DNA from: an uncultured Victivallis sp.
Lineage (GTDB): Bacteria > Verrucomicrobiota > Lentisphaeria > Victivallales > GWF2-50-93
Length of the DNA stretch: 64,000 bases
NCBI GenBank assembly: GCA_964540865.1
Contig: CAZION010000007.1
Location: forward strand, 17,130-81,129
Direction: 5' to 3'
Shown: positions 28,325 to 37,582 of the stretch, piece after piece
Position numbering within the stretch: position 1 is the first letter of the stretch
How the letters are laid out: every line of letters begins with the position of its first letter
Program-made: the position numbers and the translations under genes
The notes under the pieces: model-generated
Databases searched by the model: none
Told to the model about the DNA's origin: nothing
The model's input: the letters and a program-made list of their open reading frames with translations, nothing else

Positions 28325-29314
28325 ATGAAGCTTCAAGTTAGAACCATACGTGTCGAACTCAATCACGGCAACAACATCCAAGTTCCATACTGGGAATTGG
28401 ACAGCGGCAAACCGGGGCCGCGGGTTCTGATGACGGCGGCATTCCATGGCAATGAGTTGCAAGGTATTGAGGTTATAAGGCGATTTGCGCCCTTCGCTGC
28501 GGAAAATATTGTCAGAGGAAGCTGTCTCTTCCTGCCTTTGGGCAACCTGCCAGCACTGAGAAAACGGCAACCTCATATCGAATACGTTTTTGGCCGTTAT
28601 TATGGCAACGACAACGTGCACAACCTCAACTGCTGCTGGCCAGGAACATCATCCGGGAGTGACAGCCAGCGACTGGTCTGCGCGCTGAAAAATGAGCTGG
28701 CCGATCGTGCCGATTATGCGATTGATCTTCATTGCTGGCAGGATCGTCAGGCGACTACCATCCTGACACGGGATGGCAACGCCGACAGCGAGGCTTTCGG
28801 CAATGTCTGCGCACTGCCTTTTGCGCGACGTTCGCAAAAGCCGTCCGATGCTCCGAATTACTCTCTGACGGGAATGTTTTACAATTCCGGACGATCGGCT
28901 GTTTGTATCGAATTTTCCGGACAGGATGTATTTGTGGAAAAGGAAATAGTCCGGGGTGTCCGGGCGGTGAGCAATATTTTCCGCCATCTCGGTATGCTGT
29001 CAGGAGAAATAGAAAAGGGTGAACGGGAAACGCTCTGGATCAATGATGCTAAGGAAATCGAGGTCAAGGCACCGGCGGATGGGATATTCCTGAAAAGCGA
29101 TGCAGCTCTCGAAGCCGAAATTAAAGAAGGCGACAAGCTCGGAATGATTTTTCGTTCAGATACGTTGGAAACGGTGGACGTCATGGCTCCAGCCGCGGGG
29201 CGATTGTTCAAGCTTGGGCCGATTGCCGACGCTAAGCCCATCAATCCATCCCAATGGCAGCATCCTTATGTTGACAAAGACCAGGTCTGCGCGATGCTCA
29301 TTGTCCGTAGTTGA
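28325..29314 (+). CDS. Succinylglutamate desuccinylase/aspartoacylase (M14) family protein
   Basis: HGNELQG, NLNCCWPG, IDLH, C-terminal biotinyl-like APADG; start at ATG 28325 preferred over 28271. Confidence 0.88.
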   Translation: MKLQVRTIRVELNHGNNIQVPYWELDSGKPGPRVLMTAAFHGNELQGIEVIRRFAPFAAENIVRGSCLFLPLGNLPALRKRQPHIEYVFGRYYGNDNVHNLNCCWPGTSSGSDSQRLVCALKNELADRADYAIDLHCWQDRQATTILTRDGNADSEAFGNVCALPFARRSQKPSDAPNYSLTGMFYNSGRSAVCIEFSGQDVFVEKEIVRGVRAVSNIFRHLGMLSGEIEKGERETLWINDAKEIEVKAPADGIFLKSDAALEAEIKEGDKLGMIFRSDTLETVDVMAPAAGRLFKLGPIADAKPINPSQWQHPYVDKDQVCAMLIVRS

Positions 29315-29373
29315 GAGTAGATATTCACAGAGCATGACTTGATTGATTCGCTTTTTTGAATACATAATTCCTA

Positions 29374-30894
29374 TCAGCTAATTTCGCATTTGTAAGACCA
29401 GTTCTTTCTATAGACTCTCTTGGCGTTGAATCGCAGTATGTCCGCTAGGTTTTCATCTGATAGTCCGGAACCTAGTACGATGGCCAATCCGCACTTAGGT
29501 TCAATCCAGTCGACATCAGTTCCGAAAATCATTTTTCCGCTTCCAATCGCTGCGGCGAAAGCGTCAATCATACCGTTATGGATATAATCGCCGGACAGGT
29601 CGACATAAACATTTTGGAAGTCGGAGCAGACCTTGACGGTCGCATCAAACGCTGACGGACGCCCTCCGGCATGTCCCAGGACAAATGGTGTCCCGCTTAA
29701 ATTCTTCAGGTGCTTCCGGAACCGGTCGGGGTGGCTTTTGTACTGCTCCGGGTTGTAATCCGACACTTCCCAGCTGTGCGTCATGATGGGCTTTCCGGCC
29801 TTTGCCGCGATATCATAGATAACGGCATATGAATCATCATCCGCCGGAATCTTGTGTGATACCGGATGAATCTTGATTCCGACGCAGGCAGGATCTCTCA
29901 ATGATTCGTGAAGCTGTCTCACATGCGCTTCACCGCCCGCCGGATTGAACATTTCGAGATAGAAGAAACGATCAGGGTACTGCCGTCTAAGTTCAGCGGT
30001 ATATTCTTTCGAAGATTTCGCCGGCTCAAAGATCGCCTCGCCGGGGATTAGATATAATTGATCTAATGCCACCGCGTCCATGGCATTTATCCAGTCTGCT
30101 GGAGAAAATTTCTTGTCAGGAGTGGGCATGGAGTAGATATCATTGTCGCCGGGTTGAATGTTATGCGAGTGGGCATCTATGATAAATGGTTTTGGCGGAA
30201 CGAACTCGACTGCCGGAGCCTTGACCGTGGGAATGTTCAGCAGGCGGCGTAGATTATTGCCGGCGATATCGCATTTTATATTCCAGGAAAAATCACCCAT
30301 GATGATCGGTCCCATGGCTGCATCGGCTGAATAAAGCGGCATATGGCTGCCGTAAAGCAGCTTGTGAGACAGTCCCATCTCAATGAGTTCCTCATGCCCG
30401 CGCCAGTTCAGGAAGTTGTATGAGCAGAGATAGATGTTTGGGGAGTTTTTTAAAAGCTTTTTCAGGATCAAGATATGATAAAGGATTTTTTTCGGGCCTG
30501 ACTCAATGATGATTTTGAGTTTTGGGCGGCTCTCCGCCAGTTCCCCTATTTTATCGAATCCGAGATTGGTATGAAGAATGATCAGCGGCATCTCCAGTGC
30601 TTCCATCATATCTAATAAACTTCCACAATTATCCAAAGGGAATTTGTCAGGTGCCAGACGGAGCATGCGTATATTATTTTCTTTCTTAAGTTTCTCCAGA
30701 TTTCCTGTCAATATCGGATTGGCGACATCGGTCTTGACATAATCTGTCCCGAGTTTTGCCGCGTATTCAGGGAAAGCCGGCCTCTCATCGTTCCACACCG
30801 ACATGTCAAGCCAGGGCAGGGTGTTTTTCACCTGATTATAGTTTTTTCTGAGATGTTTAACCCTGTCGATGACCTCAGCCCTATTCATTTTCAA
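29374..30894 (-). CDS. Amidohydrolase family protein with two TIM-barrel-like halves
   Basis: C-half IDAHSH, GIKIHP, THS, LGHAG, FGTD, NA; N-half partial repeat LYGSHMP...IAGNNL. Confidence 0.8.
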   Translation of the reverse strand: MKMNRAEVIDRVKHLRKNYNQVKNTLPWLDMSVWNDERPAFPEYAAKLGTDYVKTDVANPILTGNLEKLKKENNIRMLRLAPDKFPLDNCGSLLDMMEALEMPLIILHTNLGFDKIGELAESRPKLKIIIESGPKKILYHILILKKLLKNSPNIYLCSYNFLNWRGHEELIEMGLSHKLLYGSHMPLYSADAAMGPIIMGDFSWNIKCDIAGNNLRRLLNIPTVKAPAVEFVPPKPFIIDAHSHNIQPGDNDIYSMPTPDKKFSPADWINAMDAVALDQLYLIPGEAIFEPAKSSKEYTAELRRQYPDRFFYLEMFNPAGGEAHVRQLHESLRDPACVGIKIHPVSHKIPADDDSYAVIYDIAAKAGKPIMTHSWEVSDYNPEQYKSHPDRFRKHLKNLSGTPFVLGHAGGRPSAFDATVKVCSDFQNVYVDLSGDYIHNGMIDAFAAAIGSGKMIFGTDVDWIEPKCGLAIVLGSGLSDENLADILRFNAKRVYRKNWSYKCEIS

Positions 30895-32354
30895 ACCTCG
30901 TATGTTTTTGTAGTGAAGGATTTATGGATGACAGTCCCAATTTCATGTTCGGTCTTTAGTATTTTTAGAGTTTTCGCCTGGGATAGGATATTGCCGATCG
31001 CCGTCGCCTCTGCTGGGCCGGCAATAACGGGAACGTCCAGGGCTTTGGCAATCAGCCGGCAAAGGCAGCCGCTCTGGCTTCCTCCGCTTAATACATGTAT
31101 TTGATCGAACTTCATACCTGTGGCAGACTTTAACTTGTCAACGGATTTATGGAATCCATCGGCAAGGCTCCGCATTATTGCTTTAGCTATTTCTCCTGGG
31201 CTTTTTGGGATTTGCTGTTGAGACTCTTGACAGGCCAGCTTGATTTCCTCTGCCATGCTTCTTGGTGCGAAAAAACGAGGAACATTTAAATCCAACGATA
31301 CGTCAATTTTTGCTTCGCAGGCAGCTTTGTCCAACGCATCATACGAGATGTTATGTCCCTTATCGTTCCATTCCCTGACGCATTCCTGGATCGGCCACAT
31401 GCCGATGCCACCTTTAAACACTCCCCATTGACCCCATGGAAGCCCCAGAACTGCAGTGGATGTGTCATCCAGGAACTTCCGCTCAAGTTTTTCGCCCACG
31501 CGGCATCCGAGCATTGCCCAGGTGCCGAGACTCATGAACAATGTGCCTTTGCTCATGGGATGGACAGCAATGGTGGCGGCCGTGGTATCGTGTCCGGCTC
31601 CGTTAATCACAGGAACTCCAGCTAATTTAGGATGAGGTGCCGTTTCCTTTCTGACTCGTCCGATCACTGTGGGGACATCATTGACTGGTGGGAATATAGA
31701 CACAGGTACGTGCAATGATTTCAGTAAATCCGCATTCCAGGTATTTGCATGGATGCTTCTAGCCTGAGAAGCCGTAGCGAAAGTGAAGTCAGTTATCTTC
31801 TCCCCGCACAGACGATAGTGAATCAAGTCAGCGATGAAGAGCAATGTTGATGGGCGGGAGAAAACATCAGGTTCCCGGATGGCCATTGACCGCAGCTGGC
31901 ACAATGTGGTGACCTGCGAGATTGCCGAACCATTTTTACGGAAAAGGTTGGTCGGAGAAATAATTTCTGAAAAGCTATCAGGCATGCCTTCCGTCCGACT
32001 GTCGCGATAGCAAACTGGCGGATAGAGCAATTCGCCACGTTCGTCGATCAAGCCGAAATCCTGACTCCAGCTGTCGCAGCTGATGGATGCTATCTCGCCT
32101 TCGCCGATCAGCTCAGCGGCTTTAAAGAGGCCTCTGTCAACTTCAGCGGAAATGAGTTTCCAGTCCCAGCGTTTATGCCCGGACACCTCAATAATGGAAT
32201 GATGGAAGCGATGTGCTGTTTTCAGTTCAAGCTTTCCCAGCAGTAGTGTTCCTACGATGACCCGCCCATTGCTGGCGCCGAGGTCGATGGCGATAAAGTT
32301 TCTCAATGTTTCAGGCATTTTCATATCCTTGATGGCTTGCGCGCCATATGCCAA
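30891..32354 (-). CDS. rhaB: FGGY carbohydrate kinase, rhamnulokinase/fuculokinase-like
   Basis: AIDLGASNGR, DSWSQDF, YRDSRT, GHDT, SLGTW, GGS, AGPAEATAIGN; substrate not established; start likely 32324-32318. Confidence 0.85.
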   Translation of the reverse strand: MAYGAQAIKDMKMPETLRNFIAIDLGASNGRVIVGTLLLGKLELKTAHRFHHSIIEVSGHKRWDWKLISAEVDRGLFKAAELIGEGEIASISCDSWSQDFGLIDERGELLYPPVCYRDSRTEGMPDSFSEIISPTNLFRKNGSAISQVTTLCQLRSMAIREPDVFSRPSTLLFIADLIHYRLCGEKITDFTFATASQARSIHANTWNADLLKSLHVPVSIFPPVNDVPTVIGRVRKETAPHPKLAGVPVINGAGHDTTAATIAVHPMSKGTLFMSLGTWAMLGCRVGEKLERKFLDDTSTAVLGLPWGQWGVFKGGIGMWPIQECVREWNDKGHNISYDALDKAACEAKIDVSLDLNVPRFFAPRSMAEEIKLACQESQQQIPKSPGEIAKAIMRSLADGFHKSVDKLKSATGMKFDQIHVLSGGSQSGCLCRLIAKALDVPVIAGPAEATAIGNILSQAKTLKILKTEHEIGTVIHKSFTTKTYEV

Positions 32355-32425
32355 TTTTTAGAGGTTCCCTTAGGTGTTCACTTAATTTTCCATATGGTTA
32401 AATAATCTAATGGAAATATTTTAAT

Positions 32426-32502
32426 TGTCAATATAATCAAAATAGGCAATAAAAGTGCTTGACATAATCATAAAATATAATATAATGCGATTAAAGCAAT
32501 CA
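32426..32502. promoter_or_regulatory. Divergent sigma70 promoters with triple AATCA boxes
   Basis: TTGACA(32459-64)-16 bp-TATAAT(32481-86); reverse-strand TTGACA at 32431-26; AATCA at 32435, 32466, 32498. Confidence 0.75.
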
Positions 32503-34511
32503 TGAAAACAGGATTTGTTATGATGAATCCGAAACAGGAAGAGCTGGCGAAAGCGACTGCAGCTGCGGCGACGGGTACAGGCAATGCATCTTCTTCTGAA
32601 CACACACATACCTACCATTGCGGAAGCTTGACTTATACAAAGGCCGGACTGTTCGCGCTTGTCGCCTGGATGCTATGGGGTGACTTCTGCTACACATTGA
32701 TGGAGGCGGTTGTTCCAAGCATACTGCCGCTGAAATTGAAGGATCTGGGATGTTCTAACTGGATGATGGGGCTGATCATGTCAACCATTCCCGGAATTCT
32801 TGGCATGACCATATGCCCGTATGTCAGCTTTAAGAGTGATCGCTACCGCAGCAGATGGGGACGCAGGATACCGTTCATCTTATGGTCCATGCCTTTTCTC
32901 TGCCTGAGTCTGGTGCTGCTTGGATGGAGCGAGGATATAAGCGCCTTTCTCAGAGCTAATATAGGTTTCTTGAGCGGATATTCACCGGCGGCTGTAACTA
33001 TCGGACTTATTGCGATATTCATGGTGGGCTTCCAGTTCTTCAATGACTTCGTCGCTTCAGTCTTCAATTATCTTTTCAACGACGTAGTCCCAACGCAGTT
33101 CCTATCGCGTTTCATGGGCCTGTTCAGGATTGCCGGAACCCTTGCTGGCGCCGCATACAGCTTTTTCATCTTCAAGTATGCGGAAACTTACATGCGTGAA
33201 ATATTCACTGGCGCGGCCATCCTCTATCTAGTCGGCTTCGGGCTGATGTGCCTTAAAGTCAAGGAAAGGGAATATCCTCCTCTGGAAGACGACGAGAAAA
33301 AGAGCAGCAGGGGGCTGCTAGGCCTGATGACTTTCTTCAGGGAATCATTTTCCCATAGGTTCTACTGGCTGATTTTCATAGGCAATGCTTTCGGGGCCAT
33401 TGCCGGCGCCATGAACACTTTCAACATATTTTTTCAAAGGGATATGGGCTTGACTCTTGATCAGATTGGCAAGATGGCTGCGATTCTGGGGATAGCGATG
33501 CTGGCTGCAACATACTTCGCGGCGATTTTCATCGACCGCTGGCATCCTGTCAGGATAACTGTTTATGCATCGATCTTCGGACTGATTTCGGTTTCGATGA
33601 ACTGGGTCTGGATATTTGTGAACCTGCCAGGGGATTTCTATTTCTGGCTTTGCCTTGCCACTTCCATGACTTCCACCTTCTACACGGCATTGGCGGTTGT
33701 TGCCGGAACACCAAGGCAGATGAGGTTGTTCCCACAGTCACGCTATGGACAGTTCTGTTCGGCGCAGGCAATGTTGAGATGGCTCTGTACCATAATGGGG
33801 GGAGTCAGCGCAGGACTGTTCGTGGACATGATCAGGGGTTTCTGCAAGGATCCTGATTTCGCCTATCGGTTCAATTTCATCTGGACTCTGTTCTTCTCGT
33901 GTCTCAGCGTGGTAATCGGTATCATTGTGTATTCCTATTGGCTGCGGATGGGCGGAGACAAGTGTTATCACCCGCCTGCTCCGTGGAGTCCCGACAAGGT
34001 TGAGGATATGCCTGTTGTCTCGACGATTGGTCCGTTGAGCAGATGGTTGAATATCGCATTGAGGCTCTTCGATGCGATAATGCTTTTGTCGATAATAGGC
34101 ATACCTTTCATGATGTGGTGGATGCATTGCAGGCATGCGATGTTCGCATTCAAGTGGTTTGGGATTCTGCTGCTGCCAATGTCATTTGCAGTATGGATAT
34201 ATTGGTACTGGCTCAAGCGCAATATCCTGAAGGATGTGCAGCTGGCGCTAAACCATGAACATCCGCGCAACGGCATTCCACATCACGGGATGCTGATAAT
34301 TGTATCGTCAAAATACTTGTTGGCCTTAATCATCTGGGGCTTTCAGATAATAGTCACTGTAAATCTGCAGATGGAGGCCAGCGCGATCGTCTTCGGCCTG
34401 GCAAATGTGCTTACCAACTTCATGCTTGTCGGCATAATACACCTCATGGCTCGCATTGAACGCGGTTTCTCTACGAGCATAGATGAGAAAATCCTATGGG
34501 GAACCGATTGA
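32502..34511 (+). CDS. MFS transporter with C-terminal membrane extension
   Basis: KSDRYRSRWGRRIPF (motif A, GPH-like), DVVP...RF, IDRWHP; about 12 TM plus about 4 extra TM. Confidence 0.88.
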   Translation: MKTGFVMMNPKQEELAKATAAAATGTGNASSSEHTHTYHCGSLTYTKAGLFALVAWMLWGDFCYTLMEAVVPSILPLKLKDLGCSNWMMGLIMSTIPGILGMTICPYVSFKSDRYRSRWGRRIPFILWSMPFLCLSLVLLGWSEDISAFLRANIGFLSGYSPAAVTIGLIAIFMVGFQFFNDFVASVFNYLFNDVVPTQFLSRFMGLFRIAGTLAGAAYSFFIFKYAETYMREIFTGAAILYLVGFGLMCLKVKEREYPPLEDDEKKSSRGLLGLMTFFRESFSHRFYWLIFIGNAFGAIAGAMNTFNIFFQRDMGLTLDQIGKMAAILGIAMLAATYFAAIFIDRWHPVRITVYASIFGLISVSMNWVWIFVNLPGDFYFWLCLATSMTSTFYTALAVVAGTPRQMRLFPQSRYGQFCSAQAMLRWLCTIMGGVSAGLFVDMIRGFCKDPDFAYRFNFIWTLFFSCLSVVIGIIVYSYWLRMGGDKCYHPPAPWSPDKVEDMPVVSTIGPLSRWLNIALRLFDAIMLLSIIGIPFMMWWMHCRHAMFAFKWFGILLLPMSFAVWIYWYWLKRNILKDVQLALNHEHPRNGIPHHGMLIIVSSKYLLALIIWGFQIIVTVNLQMEASAIVFGLANVLTNFMLVGIIHLMARIERGFSTSIDEKILWGTD

Positions 34512-34585
34512 AGAAGATTGGACCAATTACTCCAAGATGAATTTCAGATGTTCGTAAGTATTGATACGGTTTGTTTTGTTAAAAT

Positions 34586-34654
34586 AATCAAATAATGCTT
34601 TCAAAATGCTTGACACAATCACGAAATTAGGGAATATTATGAGCATTATAATCA
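34586..34654 (+). promoter_or_regulatory. deoR promoter with triple AATCA boxes
   Basis: AATCA at 34586, 34617, 34650; TTGACA at 34610-15 just before the middle box. Confidence 0.7.
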
Positions 34655-34658
34655 TACG

Positions 34659-35435
34659 ATGGAGGATGCGAATATGAATTCAAGGCAAGAAGAACTGTTG
34701 AAACTATTAAACGCACGAGGCGAGGTGAAAGTCGACGAATTGTCCGAATTATTGAAAGCTTCGCCAGCGACAATTCGGCGGGATTTGAGCGAGTTGGAGG
34801 GGGTGGGGCTGTTGGCGCGCAGTTTTGGCGGGGCCACTTGTTCGAAATCAGCCTCTTTGGTCGAGCGGACATTCCATGCAAAGCGCGAAATAGCCAGGGA
34901 GGAAAAGGAGCGAGTTGCCATCGCGGCCGCTGAACTGGTCAAGCCGGGAATGGTCGTGGCGTTGGACAGCGGCACCACTGTTTGGCGCCTGGCGGCGGCG
35001 TTGAAGAACAAGGCGCCCTTGACCGTCCTGACTTGTGCCATGGCCGTTGTCGAGGAACTCGGATCGGTGGATGGTGTTGGCATAAGTATGCCAGGAGGAC
35101 GGTTCCGCCGGGATAATCTTGACTTTATCGGGGCTGATGCCATTCAGGCATTTGAGAAGCTTCATGCCGACATCGCGTTTCTGGGAGGTGACAGTTTTAT
35201 CCTTGACCGTGGTGTTTACGCCAATGACGTGGCTAGTGCCGAAATTGGCCGGGCGATTGCTAAATGCGCTACGAAAGTCGTGGTGGTGATGGATCACGGC
35301 AAGTTTGAAAACCGCGGATGTTATCAGATGTTGCTTTGCTCGCAGATTGATTATGTCGTCACCGACGATGGCCTGGATGATGATATTCATAAGAGGCTGA
35401 AGAAAGAGAAATTCAAACTAATAATTGCAAATTAA
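34659..35435 (+). CDS. DeoR/GlpR family transcriptional regulator
   Basis: ASPATIRRDL..L...G...RSFGGA; EK..IA..AA; LDSGTT; DHGKF. Confidence 0.95.
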   Translation: MEDANMNSRQEELLKLLNARGEVKVDELSELLKASPATIRRDLSELEGVGLLARSFGGATCSKSASLVERTFHAKREIAREEKERVAIAAAELVKPGMVVALDSGTTVWRLAAALKNKAPLTVLTCAMAVVEELGSVDGVGISMPGGRFRRDNLDFIGADAIQAFEKLHADIAFLGGDSFILDRGVYANDVASAEIGRAIAKCATKVVVVMDHGKFENRGCYQMLLCSQIDYVVTDDGLDDDIHKRLKKEKFKLIIAN

Positions 35436-35446
35436 GGAGGACTGAC

Positions 35447-36781
35447 ATGGATCCGGTATTGAAAGCTATCTACGATATGGATGAGAAGACGATGGCGAAA
35501 TGCGCCGAGAATGTCATGCTTGGCGGCGGCACCCGGGGCGGCCCAGTCCTTTCCCGGGGAAAAGGTGTCCGCATATGGGACACCACCGGCAAGGATTATA
35601 TTGACTGTACCTCTCAAAGCTGGGCGCTTTACCTTGGGCACTCCAATGATGAGATCAATCAGGTGATTCGCGAACACATCGAGAATATGACCCATATCCA
35701 CCAAGGTTTCGACACTAAGCCTAGATATTACTTGTCCAATAAGCTCGCGAGCCTGGCTCCAGGAGACCTAAATCGAGTCTCGTTCACGGTCGGCGGCGGT
35801 CCGGCCATTGAGGCGGCCATGAAAATCGCCATCAAAAATGTCTGCCCATCCCGGGATTTCGTCTGTTTATATGACAGCTATCACGGGACAACGCTCGGGA
35901 GCATGGGAGCGTCCTGGATTTCCACCAAGGCCTCCGGCAAATATATGGGGGGCAGTAATTTTCTGCCGTTGACCCGTTCTTTCATACGTGTTCCCAATCC
36001 CTACACCTACCGCAATCCGTTTGGTGTGGACGCAGAGACGTACATTGACATGTGCCTTACCATGGCCAGGGAGACTTTCCAGCGTGGCATCGCCGCCAAA
36101 CCGGCGGGCGTGATTGTCGAGACTATTCAGGCCAGCGCCGGGCAGATCATCCTGCCGAAGCGCTATCTCCAGGGTTTACGCAAGCTTTGCGACGACTTCG
36201 GAACACTGTTGATTTTTGATGAGATTCAGACATTTGGACGTATTGGCGAAATGTTCGCCGCCAACTATTTCGGTGTGACTCCGGACATCATCGTCCTCGG
36301 AAAGGGGCTTGGCGCAGGATTGCCGTTGGCGGGAATCATCATCTCCGACAAACTTGAAGGGTTCTCTCCGGAAACCGAGGAATTGCACACGTTCGCCAAC
36401 CCGACGCTCTCAATGGTCACGGCTGCCAAGCAGATAGCCATGCTGGAAGGCGGTTTGCTGGAGAACTGCAGGGAAATGGGTTCCTACATGGGTGATAAAA
36501 TCAAGAAAATGATGCTGGCATATCCAGAGATAGGAGAAGTAAGACAGGCAGGATTGCATATCGGCGTTGAGTTTGTAAAAGACCCGGTTTCCAAAACTCC
36601 GATTGACAAGGAAACTGTGGCGATCCGCGATGCCGGGTTCAAACGTGGCATTATCTTCGGCCTTGGAGGCGTCCGTAAAAACGTGCTCAAGGTTAAACCG
36701 CCACTGATCGTAAATAAGACCGAATGCAATGAAATTCTTGAAAAGTTTGAATTATCCATAAAAGACGTCTTGAGGAAATAA
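35447..36781 (+). CDS. Class III PLP-dependent aminotransferase
   Basis: YIDC, SYHGTT, LIFDEIQTFGRIG, PDIIVLGKGLGAG, HTFANP, KPPL. Confidence 0.95.
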   Translation: MDPVLKAIYDMDEKTMAKCAENVMLGGGTRGGPVLSRGKGVRIWDTTGKDYIDCTSQSWALYLGHSNDEINQVIREHIENMTHIHQGFDTKPRYYLSNKLASLAPGDLNRVSFTVGGGPAIEAAMKIAIKNVCPSRDFVCLYDSYHGTTLGSMGASWISTKASGKYMGGSNFLPLTRSFIRVPNPYTYRNPFGVDAETYIDMCLTMARETFQRGIAAKPAGVIVETIQASAGQIILPKRYLQGLRKLCDDFGTLLIFDEIQTFGRIGEMFAANYFGVTPDIIVLGKGLGAGLPLAGIIISDKLEGFSPETEELHTFANPTLSMVTAAKQIAMLEGGLLENCREMGSYMGDKIKKMMLAYPEIGEVRQAGLHIGVEFVKDPVSKTPIDKETVAIRDAGFKRGIIFGLGGVRKNVLKVKPPLIVNKTECNEILEKFELSIKDVLRK

Positions 36782-36782
36782 A

Positions 36783-37559
36783 ATGCTGACAATAGATCTG
36801 AAGGGTAAGTCTTGTCTTGTCATTGGTGGCGCCCGCGGTATAGGTGCATCCGTTGTCAGGACTATGGCTGCGGCCGGATGCAATGTGGCTTGGACATATT
36901 TGGATATTCCCGCCGACATCGAAGCGTCAAAGGAACAGCAAGGCGTAGTCTCCGGTACGGGCGTAAAAAGCATGTCCCGGGCAGTCAACTGCGCAGACGA
37001 GAAAACTACAATGGCGTTTGTAAATGATCTTGCGGAACAGTGGGGCGGTTTAAACTACCTGGTGTTTTGCGCAGGGTTCACCAGTCCCGTTCCATTCATG
37101 GACTTGAATGCCGATGAATGGCGGCGGGTGGTGGATATAAATCTGACTGGTGCGTTCATCGCAACGCGTGCGGTGATTGGAAGAATGTTGAAAAGCGGCG
37201 CTGGCGGCTCCATTGTCCTTATCGGCTCGGCTGCGATTATCGCAGGCGGCGGCGGACGTGCGGATTATGTCTCTGCCAAGGCGGGGTTGGAAGGATTGAA
37301 CCGAGCCATAACCAAGGAATTCGCCCCTAAGGGTATTCGATGCAATCTAGTGCATCCCTCGCTGATCGAAACCGACCTGCTGAAGGGGCGCTATCCAGAT
37401 CCGGCAAGGCGTGCCGAGGCTGCCGGTGGTGTGCCTCTTGGACGCTTGGGACAGCCGGAAGATATCGCCAACGCCGTTGCGTTTTTGCTCTCTGACATGG
37501 CATCATATATTACCGGGCAGTCTTTGTTTGTAGATGGTGGACGGACTTTCTGTAAATAA
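36783..37559 (+). CDS. SDR family NAD(P)-dependent oxidoreductase
   Basis: GGARGIG, INLTG, YVSAK, PLGRLGQPEDIA, ITGQ..VDGG. Confidence 0.95.
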   Translation: MLTIDLKGKSCLVIGGARGIGASVVRTMAAAGCNVAWTYLDIPADIEASKEQQGVVSGTGVKSMSRAVNCADEKTTMAFVNDLAEQWGGLNYLVFCAGFTSPVPFMDLNADEWRRVVDINLTGAFIATRAVIGRMLKSGAGGSIVLIGSAAIIAGGGGRADYVSAKAGLEGLNRAITKEFAPKGIRCNLVHPSLIETDLLKGRYPDPARRAEAAGGVPLGRLGQPEDIANAVAFLLSDMASYITGQSLFVDGGRTFCK

Positions 37560-37582
37560 ATTTTATAAAGGATGGGAAATTT

